A program made the position numbers and the translations under genes. 64,000 nucleotides of DNA. It comes from Octopus sinensis (Eukaryota). This document shows positions 11,470 through 23,470 of this stretch, one piece after another. Numbering within the stretch: the first letter of the stretch is position 1; the number at the start of each line of letters is the position of its first letter. The stretch covers positions 558,001 to 622,000 of the forward strand of contig NC_043022.1 in NCBI RefSeq assembly GCF_006345805.1, given 5' to 3'. The notes under the pieces are model-generated. The model was not told where the DNA came from and searched no databases. It worked only from the letters and a program-made list of their open reading frames with translations.

Positions 11470-12251
11470 CTTCTCAGAGCGTTCGATCTTGTTTATTCTC
11501 GCAGATTCAGCGGGAGCAAACAGCAGCCTACCGTTAGAGGTCTCACAGGGTCTCTTTCTGCACATTACAAGATTTGATATTTGGTTGTTAATTATCGTGA
11601 GAGACATTCAACATCCAAGTACCAGTCTGAAAATCCTAACTGTTCCCCAGCAGAGCAGTTTTGTGGGGGCTTGCTCTGCTCTCATGTCAATTCTAATTTC
11701 TCTGACATATTTCCCGAACTTGGCTGTTAGTGCTCCGAGTGCCCCTACAACTACTGGAACGACACACTCTCCTCATAGTCCACATCCTTGCAATTTCATC
11801 TTTTAATAGTCTCTACTTTCCAATCTTTTCTAGTTCTTTGTCACTTATGCGTGCATCTCCAGGTATTGCAATCTCTATAATCTTGGTTTCCTTTTTTCTT
11901 TTTATATACCACAACAATATCCGGTCTCAGAGCCTCGATGAGGGAGTCACATTGGATTGTAAAATCCCACAGTGTCTTATATTCCTTGTTCTCGGTGACC
12001 CCTTCCGGTTCATGCTCCTACCATTTCCGTACTCTGTTCAGGCCGTACTTTCCCACATGGCCTCCCGTGGACGAACTTAGCCACATTACCGTGCTTCCTT
12101 TTGTAGTGCTTTTGGGCCAGCTTGCTACATTCACTCACAACATGTGAGATTGTTTTGTTTCTGCTGCCACACATCTTACAAAGGGACGATTCGCTGCTCT
12201 TATCTATTTGGAACTTGGTATAATTAGTTCTCAGAGCTTATTCCTGGGCAC

Positions 12252-12253
<2 letters not shown>
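11470..12253 (-). mobile_element. RLE-type (R4/Dong-like) non-LTR 3' fragment with CCHC knuckle
   Basis: C..CG...TISHVVSEC knuckle, then RPDIVVV...KIIEIAIPGD...VPVVVGALG...RIFRLVL*, plus 3' UTR. Confidence 0.88.
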
Positions 12254-12291
<38 letters not shown>

Positions 12292-12319
12292 GTTGTTGTT
12301 GTTGTTGTTACTAGCATTA

Positions 12320-12795
12320 TCATCATTATTTTCATTAGCATCTTCTTTCAATTCTGTTTCCATTTCTTGCCGAATGTCTTCTTGACACCTAGGGCAGAGA
12401 AACGTACTGTGTGCATTGATAGGCCATTAAAACAAACTCGCCAGATTGTTCATTTACAGAGTCACGTGATAGAGAAAAGGAGGAAGAAAGACAGAGAGAA
12501 AAGGAAAAAATTAAAAATAGAAAAGTAAACAAATAAAATAAAGGGAAGGGAAAGGAAATTCACGGCGACATTTCTCTCCTCAATGCGTGTGACCAGTTAC
12601 CAGTTAAGACAATCTTTTGCACTTCCTGCATGGATGGTAATCCAGGGATCATTCTTAAATGATTTTCAATTCCTTTTTTTTTTTATCATTCCAAGTGCTC
12701 CTACAACCGTTTACTATCGTAACCGTCTTGAGATGCCACATCTTTTCCATTTCGATTAGCAAATCTTTATATTTTCTGAGCTTATCAAATTTTTT
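12320..12795 (-). mobile_element. RLE-type non-LTR 3' fragment
   Basis: KFDKLRKYKDLLIEMEKMWHLKTVTI, then (frameshifted) GALGMIKKGIENHLRMIPGLPSMQEVQKIVL. Confidence 0.8.
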
Positions 12796-12808
12796 TTTTG
12801 CCGAAATA

Positions 12809-12840
<32 letters not shown>

Positions 12841-12879
12841 ACTATTATTATTCATCGTCATCTGAAGAGAAAGCTGATG

Positions 12880-13030
12880 TTAGAAATGAAGGTGATGGCA
12901 GAAAGGAACGCGATGGCAGAGAGAGAGGAGCTGCTTTTAGTGCGTTTATCAGATGGTGGACGATTGTAGCAAGACTGAATGGATCTACTCTGAGTATGCT
13001 TTTCAAAGTAAGAGGAAAGAGACTGCCTTG
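12880..13030 (+). mobile_element. Possible Tx1-like 3' end
   Basis: ERERGAAFSAFIRWWTIVARLNG resembles the EREVL..F..RWV.V.RMARVN terminus at 16.9 kb. Confidence 0.35.
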
Positions 13031-13224
13031 GAGACGGCAGAGTAATTCGGGACTATTTCTGTTGAGTTTTCTCTGAATTACTCTAATTGGAATGCTCCAC
13101 TATTGCAGATTCTATATATCTTTCTATCTATTTATTTATTTATCTTTTTATTTATTTATCTTTTTATTTATTTATCTTTTTATTTATTTATCTATTTATT
13201 TATTTATCTATTTATCTATTTTTC

Positions 13225-13475
13225 TGTGTTCCATTTTGACATCGTCTGGTTTCTTCCTTTTCTCTTCTGGTGGCTTCGATGTTCTTGGTTCCGATGGTGA
13301 TGGAACACCGCCACTTGGTACGGCCTCGGGCTTGTGTTTCAAACGATTTGAGGCTCAATTCCACTGGTTTTAGTATTGCTTTGAGTTGGTACCTGAATCT
13401 TCTTCGAAGAGGGTAACACCATGTTCTTTTCACTGAAGGAAGGAAACGCTGGATAAAATCCTCGTCGTCCTCCAC
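13225..13475 (-). mobile_element. RTE-clade LINE ORF C-terminus
   Basis: RFRYQLKAILK...FETQARGRTKWRCSITIGTKNIEATRREK, resembling the RTE/BovB KRYKDxLK...WR terminus. Confidence 0.6.
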
Positions 13476-13553
13476 CAACTTTTATCATGCAGTCAATGCC
13501 ATCGACTCTTTTATGCATGAATTAGTCTATAGAGACATCAACACCATCAACAT

Positions 13554-13853
13554 GGTACTAGGACAAAATCCCCCACCCTACCCAGGACAAAATCCCCCAC
13601 CCTACCCAGTACAAAATCCCCCACCCTACCCAGGGCAAAATCCCCCGGGATATTTTTCGTTCTTTACAATAAGAATATTTTAAAGTGAAATTTTATTTTA
13701 AAAAAATTTTAATATTTATGAGTCGATATTTTTGTGTAAAATTTATTCGGAGGGATTTTGTCCTATTTTGTCCTATTTTATCCTCGGTGGGATTTTGTCC
13801 TATTTTGTCCTCGGAGGGATTTTGTCCTCGGCAGGATTTTGTCCTGAAACCCC
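13554..13853. mobile_element. MULE-type MITE with GGACAAAATCCC subterminal arrays and 9-bp TSD
   Basis: Four GGACAAAATCC-type units at left and inverted GGATTTTGTCC-type units at right. Flanks CATCAACAT (13545-53) and TATCAACAT (13854-62). Confidence 0.7.
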
Positions 13854-14479
13854 TATCAACATAAAGGAAGCGTTCAGCAAAGAAGAAACTAAATTTTCGG
13901 ATACGAGATAAACAGACGATAACGATTTTGATATCCATTGTTTCATCCTCATTGTTATTTCCCCGTTTGATCAAAGTAAACCCCCATCTTTTTCTGTGTT
14001 GTATTTCGTTGTTTTATGTAGTTCTAAATGTCTTGGGCCCCTTGTGTCCAATAAAAGAAATCATTATAATCTTGAGGTTGCCATCTATTTTATTGAAATG
14101 CTCCTATTAAAGATGAATCTCGTTGCTATTGAGGATAAAGTTTTCTCAAATGGGTTGAAACGATCTGCATAAAAATGGCTTCCCTGCCAAACGCTGTCTC
14201 AAGGGGAAGCAACCGCAAGTTGAGGCTGAATATGAGCTCCGTTACGATGGGTAATTCTTTATTTCAATTTATGGCTGAAAGTGGGCCGAAGCCAAATGAT
14301 GGAGGGAAAAAGAGTGCTGGGCAAAAATGCTGACCATATTCGCAACACCACCGCCGCCGCCACCACCATCACCACTAACAAAAACAACAGCAACATAAAA
14401 GCAACAAAGAGGTGAAATACATTTTCTTCCTGAATGAGAAATGGAAATGCTTTGTGATAAAACTACGAAGATGAGAGAA

Positions 14480-15530
14480 TTATTCACTTGATGCAGATAA
14501 CGATGATGGCGACGGGGAGGACGGCAAGGACGACAATGATGGTGAAGATGATGATGATGGTGATGACGATGACAACGACGACGTTGTGATGATGATGATA
14601 GGATACTGTGGTAGTGGTGGTGGTGGTGGTGGTGGGGAGTTAGTGTCGACGATGATGAGAAGTGGATGGAGGAGAAGATGGGTGTCAATGATGACGACGA
14701 TGAATGTGATGATGGTGGTGGTGGTGATGCAACTGTTGCTGTCGTACCAGTTGCAGCTAGTTGTTGGGATAATAACAGTGCTGCTGACAAACACGATAAC
14801 GCTGACGATGGTGGTAGTAGTAGTAGTGGTAGTAGTGGTGGTAGTAGTAGTAGTGGTGCATCCAATGTGCATTTTTTGCACTTGAGGCGAGATTGCGCTG
14901 TCCCACCGACGCGACGTCTGTCGGTGTCGGTGGAACAACTGATAACATTAACCAGTTAAAACACTCTTCCTTCCCCTCACGACACACCTACCACCACCAC
15001 CATCACCCCCTCCACCCACCCACACACACACCAGCCAAGTCGACGGAGAGAGCTTTGCTAAAGCATTGACGGATGAGGGCTCGGAAGGGATGGTTGCTGT
15101 GGCTGTGGTGGTGATGGTGGGGGAGGGGGTCACGTTGGCGTCGTCATGGTATAAGTGATGGTGATGGCGGTGATGATGGTTGTATTGGTGATGATGATGG
15201 TAGCAGTGGTGGTTCTCGTGGCCGAGATGGTGGTAGTGACGGTGAGGTGGACGTCGTCGCCGTCATGCAACAGATGATGGTGATGGTGGTGGCAGTGATG
15301 ATATTGGTGGTGGTGGTGGTGGTGGTGATGGCGGCGGCGGTGGTGGTGGTGGTGATGGTGATGGTGGTGGCAGTGATGATATTGGTGGTGGTGGTGGTGG
15401 TGATGGCGGTGGCGGTGGTGGTGGTTGTCGCCGTTGTCGTTGTTGTGGTGTAATTGCTAATGCGGGTAGGCGAAAGTCTCGGTGGTGGTGGTAGAGGCGG
15501 TGGTGGTGGTGCTGGTGGCGGTGGTTGCAG
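14480..15530. repeat. GAT/GGT/GTA-rich cryptic trinucleotide region
   Basis: Direct reading; includes a 45-bp duplication near 15270-15400. Confidence 0.85.
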
Positions 15531-15815
15531 CAAAGGTGATATTTTTCTGACAACCGAATCATTGCCTCTCCCAGCTGTGTGTCTGTGTGTCCGGTCTCGT
15601 ATGTTACGTAACAAGTGCATACACAGACATACACGCAAACACATATACATAGACGCACACACTCACACATATGCACACACACGTCAAGATATTTAAACTG
15701 CGCACCAAGAATTAAAAGTATAGATTTGTAAAAGGAAAAGTGAATGGCCGTATTGTTGTTGTTGTTGTTATTGCCGGAATGAGTTGACAAAACGGAATGT
15801 GTGTGTGTGTGTGTG

Positions 15816-15852
<37 letters not shown>

Positions 15853-15921
15853 TCATAGACACACCTATATCTAAGTATGTGCATATGTATGTATGTATAT
15901 TGTATATATATATATATAATA

Positions 15922-15970
<49 letters not shown>

Positions 15971-16147
15971 GCACATATAAACACACGTATATATATATAT
16001 ATAATTTATATTTATATATATTTATATATATATTATATATATAAGAGGTTTGACCGCTAAGTGGACATCCATTATGCTAGAGGTAGACCCCATTTGGTCT
16101 GACCACTAAGAAAAGATTGTTCTCAATCAAATTAATATTTAATTTAA

Positions 16148-16187
<40 letters not shown>

Positions 16188-16398
16188 TATATATATAGCG
16201 ATTTTCTTCACTACTTCAGGGAGTGACGACCCTGAACGAAGGAAGGGGCGAAAAGCCGATAAACGGCGTTTGAAGTCTGAGTGTATGTGTGTGTAAAAGA
16301 GAGGTGTGTGTGTGTCCGTGTGTGTGTGTGTGTGTGTGTACAATGGAAATGGGATTGTAATGTTTAACGCTGAAAATGTGTGTGTCCGTGTGTCCGTG

Positions 16399-16636
16399 AA
16401 CAAGAGAACTATGCGAAGCTTTACATATACATGTAAAGTAAAAAAATCGGGAAAATAGTCCGGAATCTTTGTCCGTTGCCGGATCGATCCGGTGCTAGTC
16501 ACGAGGTCAAACATCCCTGAAAGTTTCATCCGAATCCATCCGGCGGTTCTTGAGATATCTTGTCCACAGACAAACAAACAAACAAACAAACAAATACGAC
16601 TAAAAACAATACCTCCGCCTTTGCTAAGGCGGAGGT
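16399..16636 (+). mobile_element. Helentron-associated (DINE/HINE-like) non-autonomous element
   Basis: Internal (CAAA)n and a 3' 11-bp GC-rich hairpin ACCTCCGCCTT/AAGGCGGAGGT (16611-16636). Confidence 0.55.
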
Positions 16637-16789
16637 AGTAGTAGTAGTAGTAGTAGTCGTTTTTTTTTATTGGCCACAAGTGCCGAATGCAAAACAAGTA
16701 GGAATGAGGGACAGGTGGGGTTTTGAACAATGCCGTGTTTATAATAAGTAATGAAAACAATTAACTAAACGATTAAACAATAATAATTC

Positions 16790-17214
16790 CCTCAAAAGGG
16801 GTAAGTTCCGCACAGGGACAACCGAGAATCCCCAAACATTCTGGTTCTCCCGACCGCCAGATGCACCTCGGCAGGCGCTTCTTTCCTTCTCAACTTCTCA
16901 GGTTTACAAACGAAAGTTCAAAGTTCACGCGAGCCATCCTCTCCACATGCACCCACCTTTCAGCAAATTTACTGAGGGGCAGAACTTCCCTCTCTACTTT
17001 CACTTTCCTTTTCAAGTAGAACTTGAAAAAGTCGATGAGTGCTTGGCCGAAGAGGAAAGTATCTGCCTTCAGTCCCTTCAATCCCGTCCACCACACTACC
17101 TCCTTCGCCATAGCCATCATACAGAGGAAAACTGCCTTTCCTTCCCGGCCAAAGGAAGGCGACGGGACGATATTCACGATGGACTCGGTTGATAACCTGA
17201 TCCGTCCTACACGC
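16790..17214 (-). mobile_element. Tx1/L1-clade LINE ORF2 3' end
   Basis: VGRIRLSTESIVNIVP...AKEVVWWTGLKG...LIDFFKFYLKRKVKVEREVL...RWVHVERMARVN. Confidence 0.75.
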
Positions 17215-17249
<35 letters not shown>

Positions 17250-17559
17250 TTAAAATTTTGCCACAAGGGCAGAAATTTTGGCGGAGGGGATGAATCAATT
17301 ACATCGACCCCTCCCCCCCCCCCCAGTGCTCAACATTTTAATTGCCAGCATCAGTACCCGGTACGCATTTAAGATATGGTATGGTAGGGTAGGGTATTAA
17401 GACATTTTAAATGAGGAGGGTGGTCGATACGGAAGGAGAGGTGGTTAAAGGGGGTCGATGGTCGAAGAATTTGGCGACCCCTGAGCTAGACGATGCTTTC
17501 TTATGACAGTTGAAATCTTCGGAGGATGCCCATAAAACATCATTTTAGTTGTGTGCGAG

Positions 17560-18235
17560 GAATGGTACCAGAAATGAAGCTGACGTTGAAGAAATAGATG
17601 CAGAGGACGGCAACAAGTTAAGAGAATGACCAGTCTTTAGACAAGAGTGGTGAAGACGTGAAAAGCAGAAGAGAAGAGATTGTAAGTGAAAAGCATGTGA
17701 AAGCAAGCAACACAAACATGGCGGACGAAAATAAGAAGCAAAAACGGACTTAAGAAATCGATGGCGATGGGAAAGAGTGCAATCAAAGAAGTTCTCGATA
17801 CAATTAAACGAAATTTGTATGAACTTAATCAATTGATCTACGTCTCAAGCAAGGTAATTGAGTCAGAGAAGAGAGAAATAGAACTTGTGTATATAACACT
17901 GGATATGTTTAAAGGAAGAGGGAAGGAGGGAAGAAAAAAAGAAAGGAGAGAGAGAGAGTGAAAGAAAGAAAGGAAGAATAGGGCGAGAGGGAGAAAGAAA
18001 TAAAAATAAATAAATAACAATCTTGGAGGAATTTAGCAAGAACAAGGATATGAAAAGAAGAAAGGTTAGAAAACTAAAGAAAAAATTCCGGTTAAGGAAT
18101 AGAGGAGACAGAAGCAGCGAAGAAGCGAATCTGGAAGTGAAAGCCTGACGTGTGAGAAGGTAAAGAATGGAAATGTAACGGTTGAGAAGAAATATTTTAA
18201 ATGGATGCAAAATATTTTTTTTTCCGAGGAAAAGA
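17560..18235 (+). mobile_element. RLE-type non-LTR ORF N-terminal remnant
   Basis: KRNLYELNQLIYVSSKVI and RKVRKLKKKFRL...EVKA*RVRR resemble the pre-RT region of R4/Dong-like ORFs. Confidence 0.55.
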
Positions 18236-18411
18236 GTCAATGGTTATTAAGATACCAACGACTGAACTGGCGGTGCAATTCTCACGTGACATCTAATGTG
18301 AACAAATAAACCACAGCGAAAATGTTGAATGGCTAAATAGTATAGAAGAGGTAAACAGAAATATATGAAAGAAATTGTAAAAATATGATGGTTAAAGATC
18401 TTCCAGAAGCC

Positions 18412-18735
18412 GGATCTTTACCTTTTGACCGACAGATTTAAAAAATAATTTTTGGTAACTAAACACTTTCATAGTTCGAACACTGGTAGAAAGTGTCATA
18501 TAAAACATCTTTTACTCTTAGCGCTTATTCAGCTGAATACATGTCATTGATTGGTTGAAATTACCGAAATACTACAACTTTAACGTGAAATAACTTCTTA
18601 AATATAAGCTTTTCTCAAAAACACTAAGAGTAAAAGATGTTTTATATGACACATTCTACCAGTGTCCGAAATTTGAAAGTATTTAATTACAAAAAAAATT
18701 ATTTTTTAAATCTGTCGGTCAAAAGGTAAAGATCC
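18412..18735. mobile_element. MITE with ~110-bp TIRs and perfect 8-bp TSD (Merlin- or hAT-sized TSD)
   Basis: GGATCTTTACCTTTTGACCGACAGATTT...AAATCTGTCGGTCAAAAGGTAAAGATCC. CAGAAGCC at 18404-11 and 18736-43. Confidence 0.9.
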
Positions 18736-19899
18736 CAGAAGCCCTTAGAAAGGCCCATAAATGGAAATCTCCAAGCACAAAGTTCCTTTGGTTAGCCGTA
18801 CTATCCACAAAACATCTGCATAATTTCTAAGCAAAATCCCGTGAGAACCAATTTATACACTAGAATAATTTATGCAAACGAACAATTTACTTATTACCAA
18901 AATCATAATATTGAAAACAACCAATAAGATAAAATAGTAACAGACTCTGTACCTCCTTCTCAACCCCCCCAACCCCAGTAAAATCCGAAGATCTATACTG
19001 AATGAACACCGTTCTCGCTCATTCCAGAAAATAACCTTTTTTCCCACTCAGCAGAAAGTTCTTCACCGAAACTCAAACGAACGTAAATACGAACGATTAA
19101 TAAAGCGACTGGTTTTAGAAAACTGGTATCCAGAGCAAACAAAAGCATTAAGCTGTAGAAAATAGAATAATCCTAATCTACCATAGGCACAAGGCCTGAA
19201 ATTGGGGGAGATTATATCAAGTCGATTATATCAACCCCGGTGTTTCACTGGTACGATGTGGATTGTTCTACAACCTAACGGTCAGTAACATCTATATTTA
19301 CGACAGATTCATATCCAGAATACGAATAATATTTATGTATGACATAAGCACTTAAGACTTTTTAACATCAGTTGCACGCGGACATTTTACAAAATACAAT
19401 ATGCTAAATATATAATATACTAAATATAAATGAATAACTCTCCGTCTTCATTTGCATTAAACTGAAATTAATTAATCAGCCCAAACCCGAACAGCTTTTC
19501 TATACAGCGACTAGAAATATTTCTCATTGTATTCTGCTTTTCTTATTCATATTCAAATTCGTTATAAAATATATTTTTATTTTCCGTAAGTCATCGAGAA
19601 GTGTTTCCTAGATTTCCATCGTGTTCTTTACAATAAATAACAAACTACAGAATTGCAAGGAAAGTACGATGTGGCTTTGTTCTACAACCTAACGGTCAGT
19701 GTTGCTGGCTTACGCTATTTTACCGACACGGCACAAGCTTGGGTGTGTGGTTAAGGCGTTTGCTTCGCACCCGTGCAAGTTTCGGGTTCAGTCTCGCTGG
19801 GTGGCACCTTTTCCAAGTGTTTTCTTTTATAGCCCCAATCATACTATTAATGCCTTGTGAGTGTATTTAGTAAATGGAACCCTAACGATGGGACTTGCT

Positions 19900-20730
19900 C
19901 TATATCCAAATGACTGGTTTCGCTGGCTAAACCTTACCAAGCCAGTTTCTGTTTATTCATCAAAACCCCGAAAGGGATTAGAGGCTAAGTCAACCTCGAC
20001 GAAATTTGAACTCAGAGCATAATGACGGATGATTGGCCAGCAATTTTAAGGGAAGGGTTAGATCGATTTCATCGACCCCAGTGCTCAACAGGTACTTAAG
20101 TTATCAACTCCGAAATGAATGAAAGGAAAATTCTACCCCGGTGGCATTTGAACTCAGAACGAAAAGTCGGAGGAAATAACGCTAAACATTTTTGCCGACT
20201 TCGTAACGATTCTGCCAGCCCACAGCCTCCCCCTGACTTATATATTCCAATTATTGGCCAGTAATTTCGAGGGATGAATTAAATCGATTACAACGACCCC
20301 AGTGCTCAACTGGTACTCATTTTATCGACCGGCGGAATTTGAACTCAAAACGTAAAGACGGACGAAATGCCGTTAAGCACTTCGTCCGGTGTGCTAGCGA
20401 TTCTGCCATCTCGCCGCCTTTATGTTCCAGGACTATAATGCTGGATCGATTAAAATGGGCAGAGATCGATTATGTAAAAGGCTTCCCATGTGGTTACTCA
20501 TTGCTGTACAATAAACGGGATATTCAGCAATGTTAGAGACAGCAGATAATATCCTAGCAAAGTTAGCACGCCGGATGAAATGCTCAACAGTACTTCGTCC
20601 GTCTTTACGTTCTGAGTTCAAATTCCACTGAGGTTGACTTTACCTATTATCCTTTCGGGGTCGATAAAATAAATACCAGTGGAGCACAGGTGTGTCGTAC
20701 CTCTGGCCTTGTACCAAAATTTGAAATCAA
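19900..20730. mobile_element. SINE family A copies (two -, one +), degenerate
   Basis: B-box and core motifs in both orientations. Confidence 0.75.
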
Positions 20731-20732
20731 TA

Positions 20733-21234
20733 TACAGGGTGGGCCAAAGTCACGAAGGTGTTTCAATATTTAATAAGCTCTTAATTTTTTGTCTTAAATT
20801 ATCAATACCCAGTATCATATACAAGATATAAGAAGGGAATCCGAGAGATGGTAACGGTGAACAGATTCACCATTACCATCTCCCGAGCTTGCTGAATCTT
20901 CTCGTCTACATCACGTTTGTCCGGCCGCCTTTAAACTTCTCGATTCACTCATCTGCACTTCTACGCAGTAGTGCGCTGTCGTCTCTGTATTGCGCTGAAA
21001 GCCTCCGACGAATTTCTCAGCACCTGACACACCTGTTCTTCTTCGGTTCACATTGCTAGTGGAGCGGTCATCCTTACACTCTAAAGCCAGACAGAAAAAT
21101 AACGAAAGCAGGATTAAACTTCGATCACGTGACCACAATAGTACCAGCTATAAGCAAGCATGCGCAGAAGGCAGTGTGACAATAATAAAGATATGTTATG
21201 GTGAAAGTACGGATCATTTTTTATTACCCTCGTA
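20733..21234 (-). mobile_element. Internally deleted Tc1/mariner element
   Basis: TA-flanked ends TACAGGGTGG (20733) and ACCCTCGTA (21234). Degenerate transposase N-terminus (..FQRNT..; DEKIQQAREMV). Confidence 0.55.
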
Positions 21235-21321
21235 AATAGGAATAGATGTAAATTAGATGCGGAAATCTAAATTACAAAGAAACAAGAATCTATTAGAATC
21301 TAACCTAAAAGAAGAATCTAA

Positions 21322-21677
21322 TAGGCGTAGGAGTGGCTGTGTGGTAAGTAGCTTGCTTACCAACCATATGGTTCCGGGTTCAGTCCTACTGCGTGGCACC
21401 TTGGGCAAGTGTCTTCTACTATAGCCTCGGGCCGACCAAAGCCTTGCGAGTGGATTTGGTAGACGGAAACTGAAAGAAGCCCGTCTTTTAATTTAATCGA
21501 GCCCATTACTTTTTTCTTTTAAGCCTGTTAGTCATTCTATCCGTTTCTTTTGCCGAACCGCAAAGTTACGAGGACGTAACACACCAACACCGGTTGTCAA
21601 GCGGTGGTGAAGGACAACTGGACACACACACACACACACAGAGATTGACAGACATACAGACAGACAGACAGACAGAC

Positions 21678-21714
<37 letters not shown>

Positions 21715-21880
21715 CGACGGGCTTCTTTCAGTTTCTGTCTACCAAATCCACTCAAAAGGCTCTGGTTGAGCCGAGGCTAAAGTAGAAAACACTCGCCCAA
21801 GGTGCCACGCAGTGGGACTGAAACCGGAATCATGCGATTGGAAAACAAACTTCTTACCACACAGCCCAGCCTGCGCCTAT
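21322..21880. mobile_element. tRNA-derived SINE family B: head (+) and full copy (-)
   Basis: GGCGTAGGAGTGGCTGTGTGGTAAG head, GGGTTCAGTCC B-box-like motif, bipartite body with internal microsatellite. Confidence 0.88.
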
Positions 21881-22677
21881 TTATTTGACTGTTATGTCTA
21901 GCATGCCAAACAACCATGCAGAGGCTCGCTTCAACTTCGTTGCATCCACCATCAGTCTCGTAAATCTATCGTTGTAGAAGAGGGAGGAATATGATTTTCT
22001 TTTTTTCATTAAATATCTTAATAATAATATTTTTCGCCGAATATGAACATTTGGTTGGAATTCTGTCTTCTGAAATTCCCACAAGGAATGTTTTATTTGG
22101 CAGTTCTTCGATTTTTCTGTTTTGTATCACGTTTCACTGCTTCCAAGGTTTCTATAGTGACAGATTCCTATTATTGTGACCAATATTGTACATCTTCAAT
22201 AATTTCCTACATTCAGGTAATTTGTGTGTGGAGAGATTTATCAACCTTCTTTGTACTGTCTTAGATTTCTTAATCCTATTCTCTTCTACGATGTTTGGTT
22301 AGAATATCATAAAAGAAAAAAAAGCCGTTCCCATTACTTGACGCCTACTTTATTCCGACGACTCCCGTGCAAGGATAAAATGCTACGTCGACTTTGGCAG
22401 AAGTTCCATTCCGTACATAAAACAACTGTTACTAAAAGACTGTAGGCGTTCTGTCCAACGATCAAACGATTCCGTTGGTCTACTACCTATGGTGGAATAG
22501 TAGAACCACATATTAAGACATTACGGCAGTGGTTTTTCAATCTTTTTAACTTCGTAGATCAAACAGAAGACCAAGAGTATAGAATCTCAAGGTGAGCTTT
22601 TAAAAGCAAAGCAAAATACGTAAAAATTGTTTAAAATTGAAACCTGAGAAAATATTTGGAAAATTACTTTTTATAAT

Positions 22678-22845
22678 AGGTATTTCGTTTGTCTTTACGT
22701 TCTGAGTTCAAATTCCGCCGAGGTCGACTTTGCTTTTCATCCTTTCGGGGTCGATAAATTAAGTACCAGTTGCGTACTGGGGTTGATGTAATCGACTGCC
22801 CCGCCTCCCTAAAATTTCGGGTCTTGTGCCTAGAGAAGAAAAGAA
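22678..22845 (+). mobile_element. SINE family A, 5'-truncated
   Basis: Starts at GTATTTCGTT; B-box, core and tail present. Confidence 0.9.
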
Positions 22846-23344
22846 TATTTATAAATTATCTACATGTTTTTAAGTTACAAAACAATTTGTCCTTAAAATT
22901 AGAATTTTCTTATCGTTAAATAAAATTCCATCAAATTATTTCTGCCATTTATGACTTTATGCGCGTGTGTGTGCACGCGCTCTACCGGATGTTGCTATAC
23001 TCAAGGGTCGATAGTTTCGTGCGTTATCAGACTAGTTACAGATCGAAGGGTTATAATTCTATATACTAGTGATAATAGTATTCCCCTGGATAGTTCTGGA
23101 ACAATTTGTAAAAACAATTATAATGTCACGTAGATAATTCCTATTTTTCAAAAATATATATATGGTGTGTGTGTGTGTGCAGTGGAAAATGTTTCAATAT
23201 CGATAACATCCTTTGGGGAAATGAACCATGAAAAACTAGACGAGTCATGGAATATGGCCAGAAAATTCTTCATTTGAAGTGGAGAGGTTTGGGTTTGCAT
23301 GAACCTTTTGAAGTGTCCCACTGAATTCGTTTCTTCCATACAAA

Positions 23345-23470
23345 AACACTACTCATATATACATGCATATCTACACACACACACACACACACTACTCATA
23401 TATACATGCATATCTACACACACACACACACTACTCATATATACATGCATATCTACACACACACACACAT
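23345..23470. repeat. Three-copy ~38-44-bp tandem repeat
   Basis: CACTACTCATATATACATGCATATCTACACAC repeated three times. Confidence 0.9.

Noticed and set aside
17464-17483. hAT-like terminus (reverse complement CAGGGGTCGCCAA)
   Set aside because: No matching opposite TIR or TSD identified.
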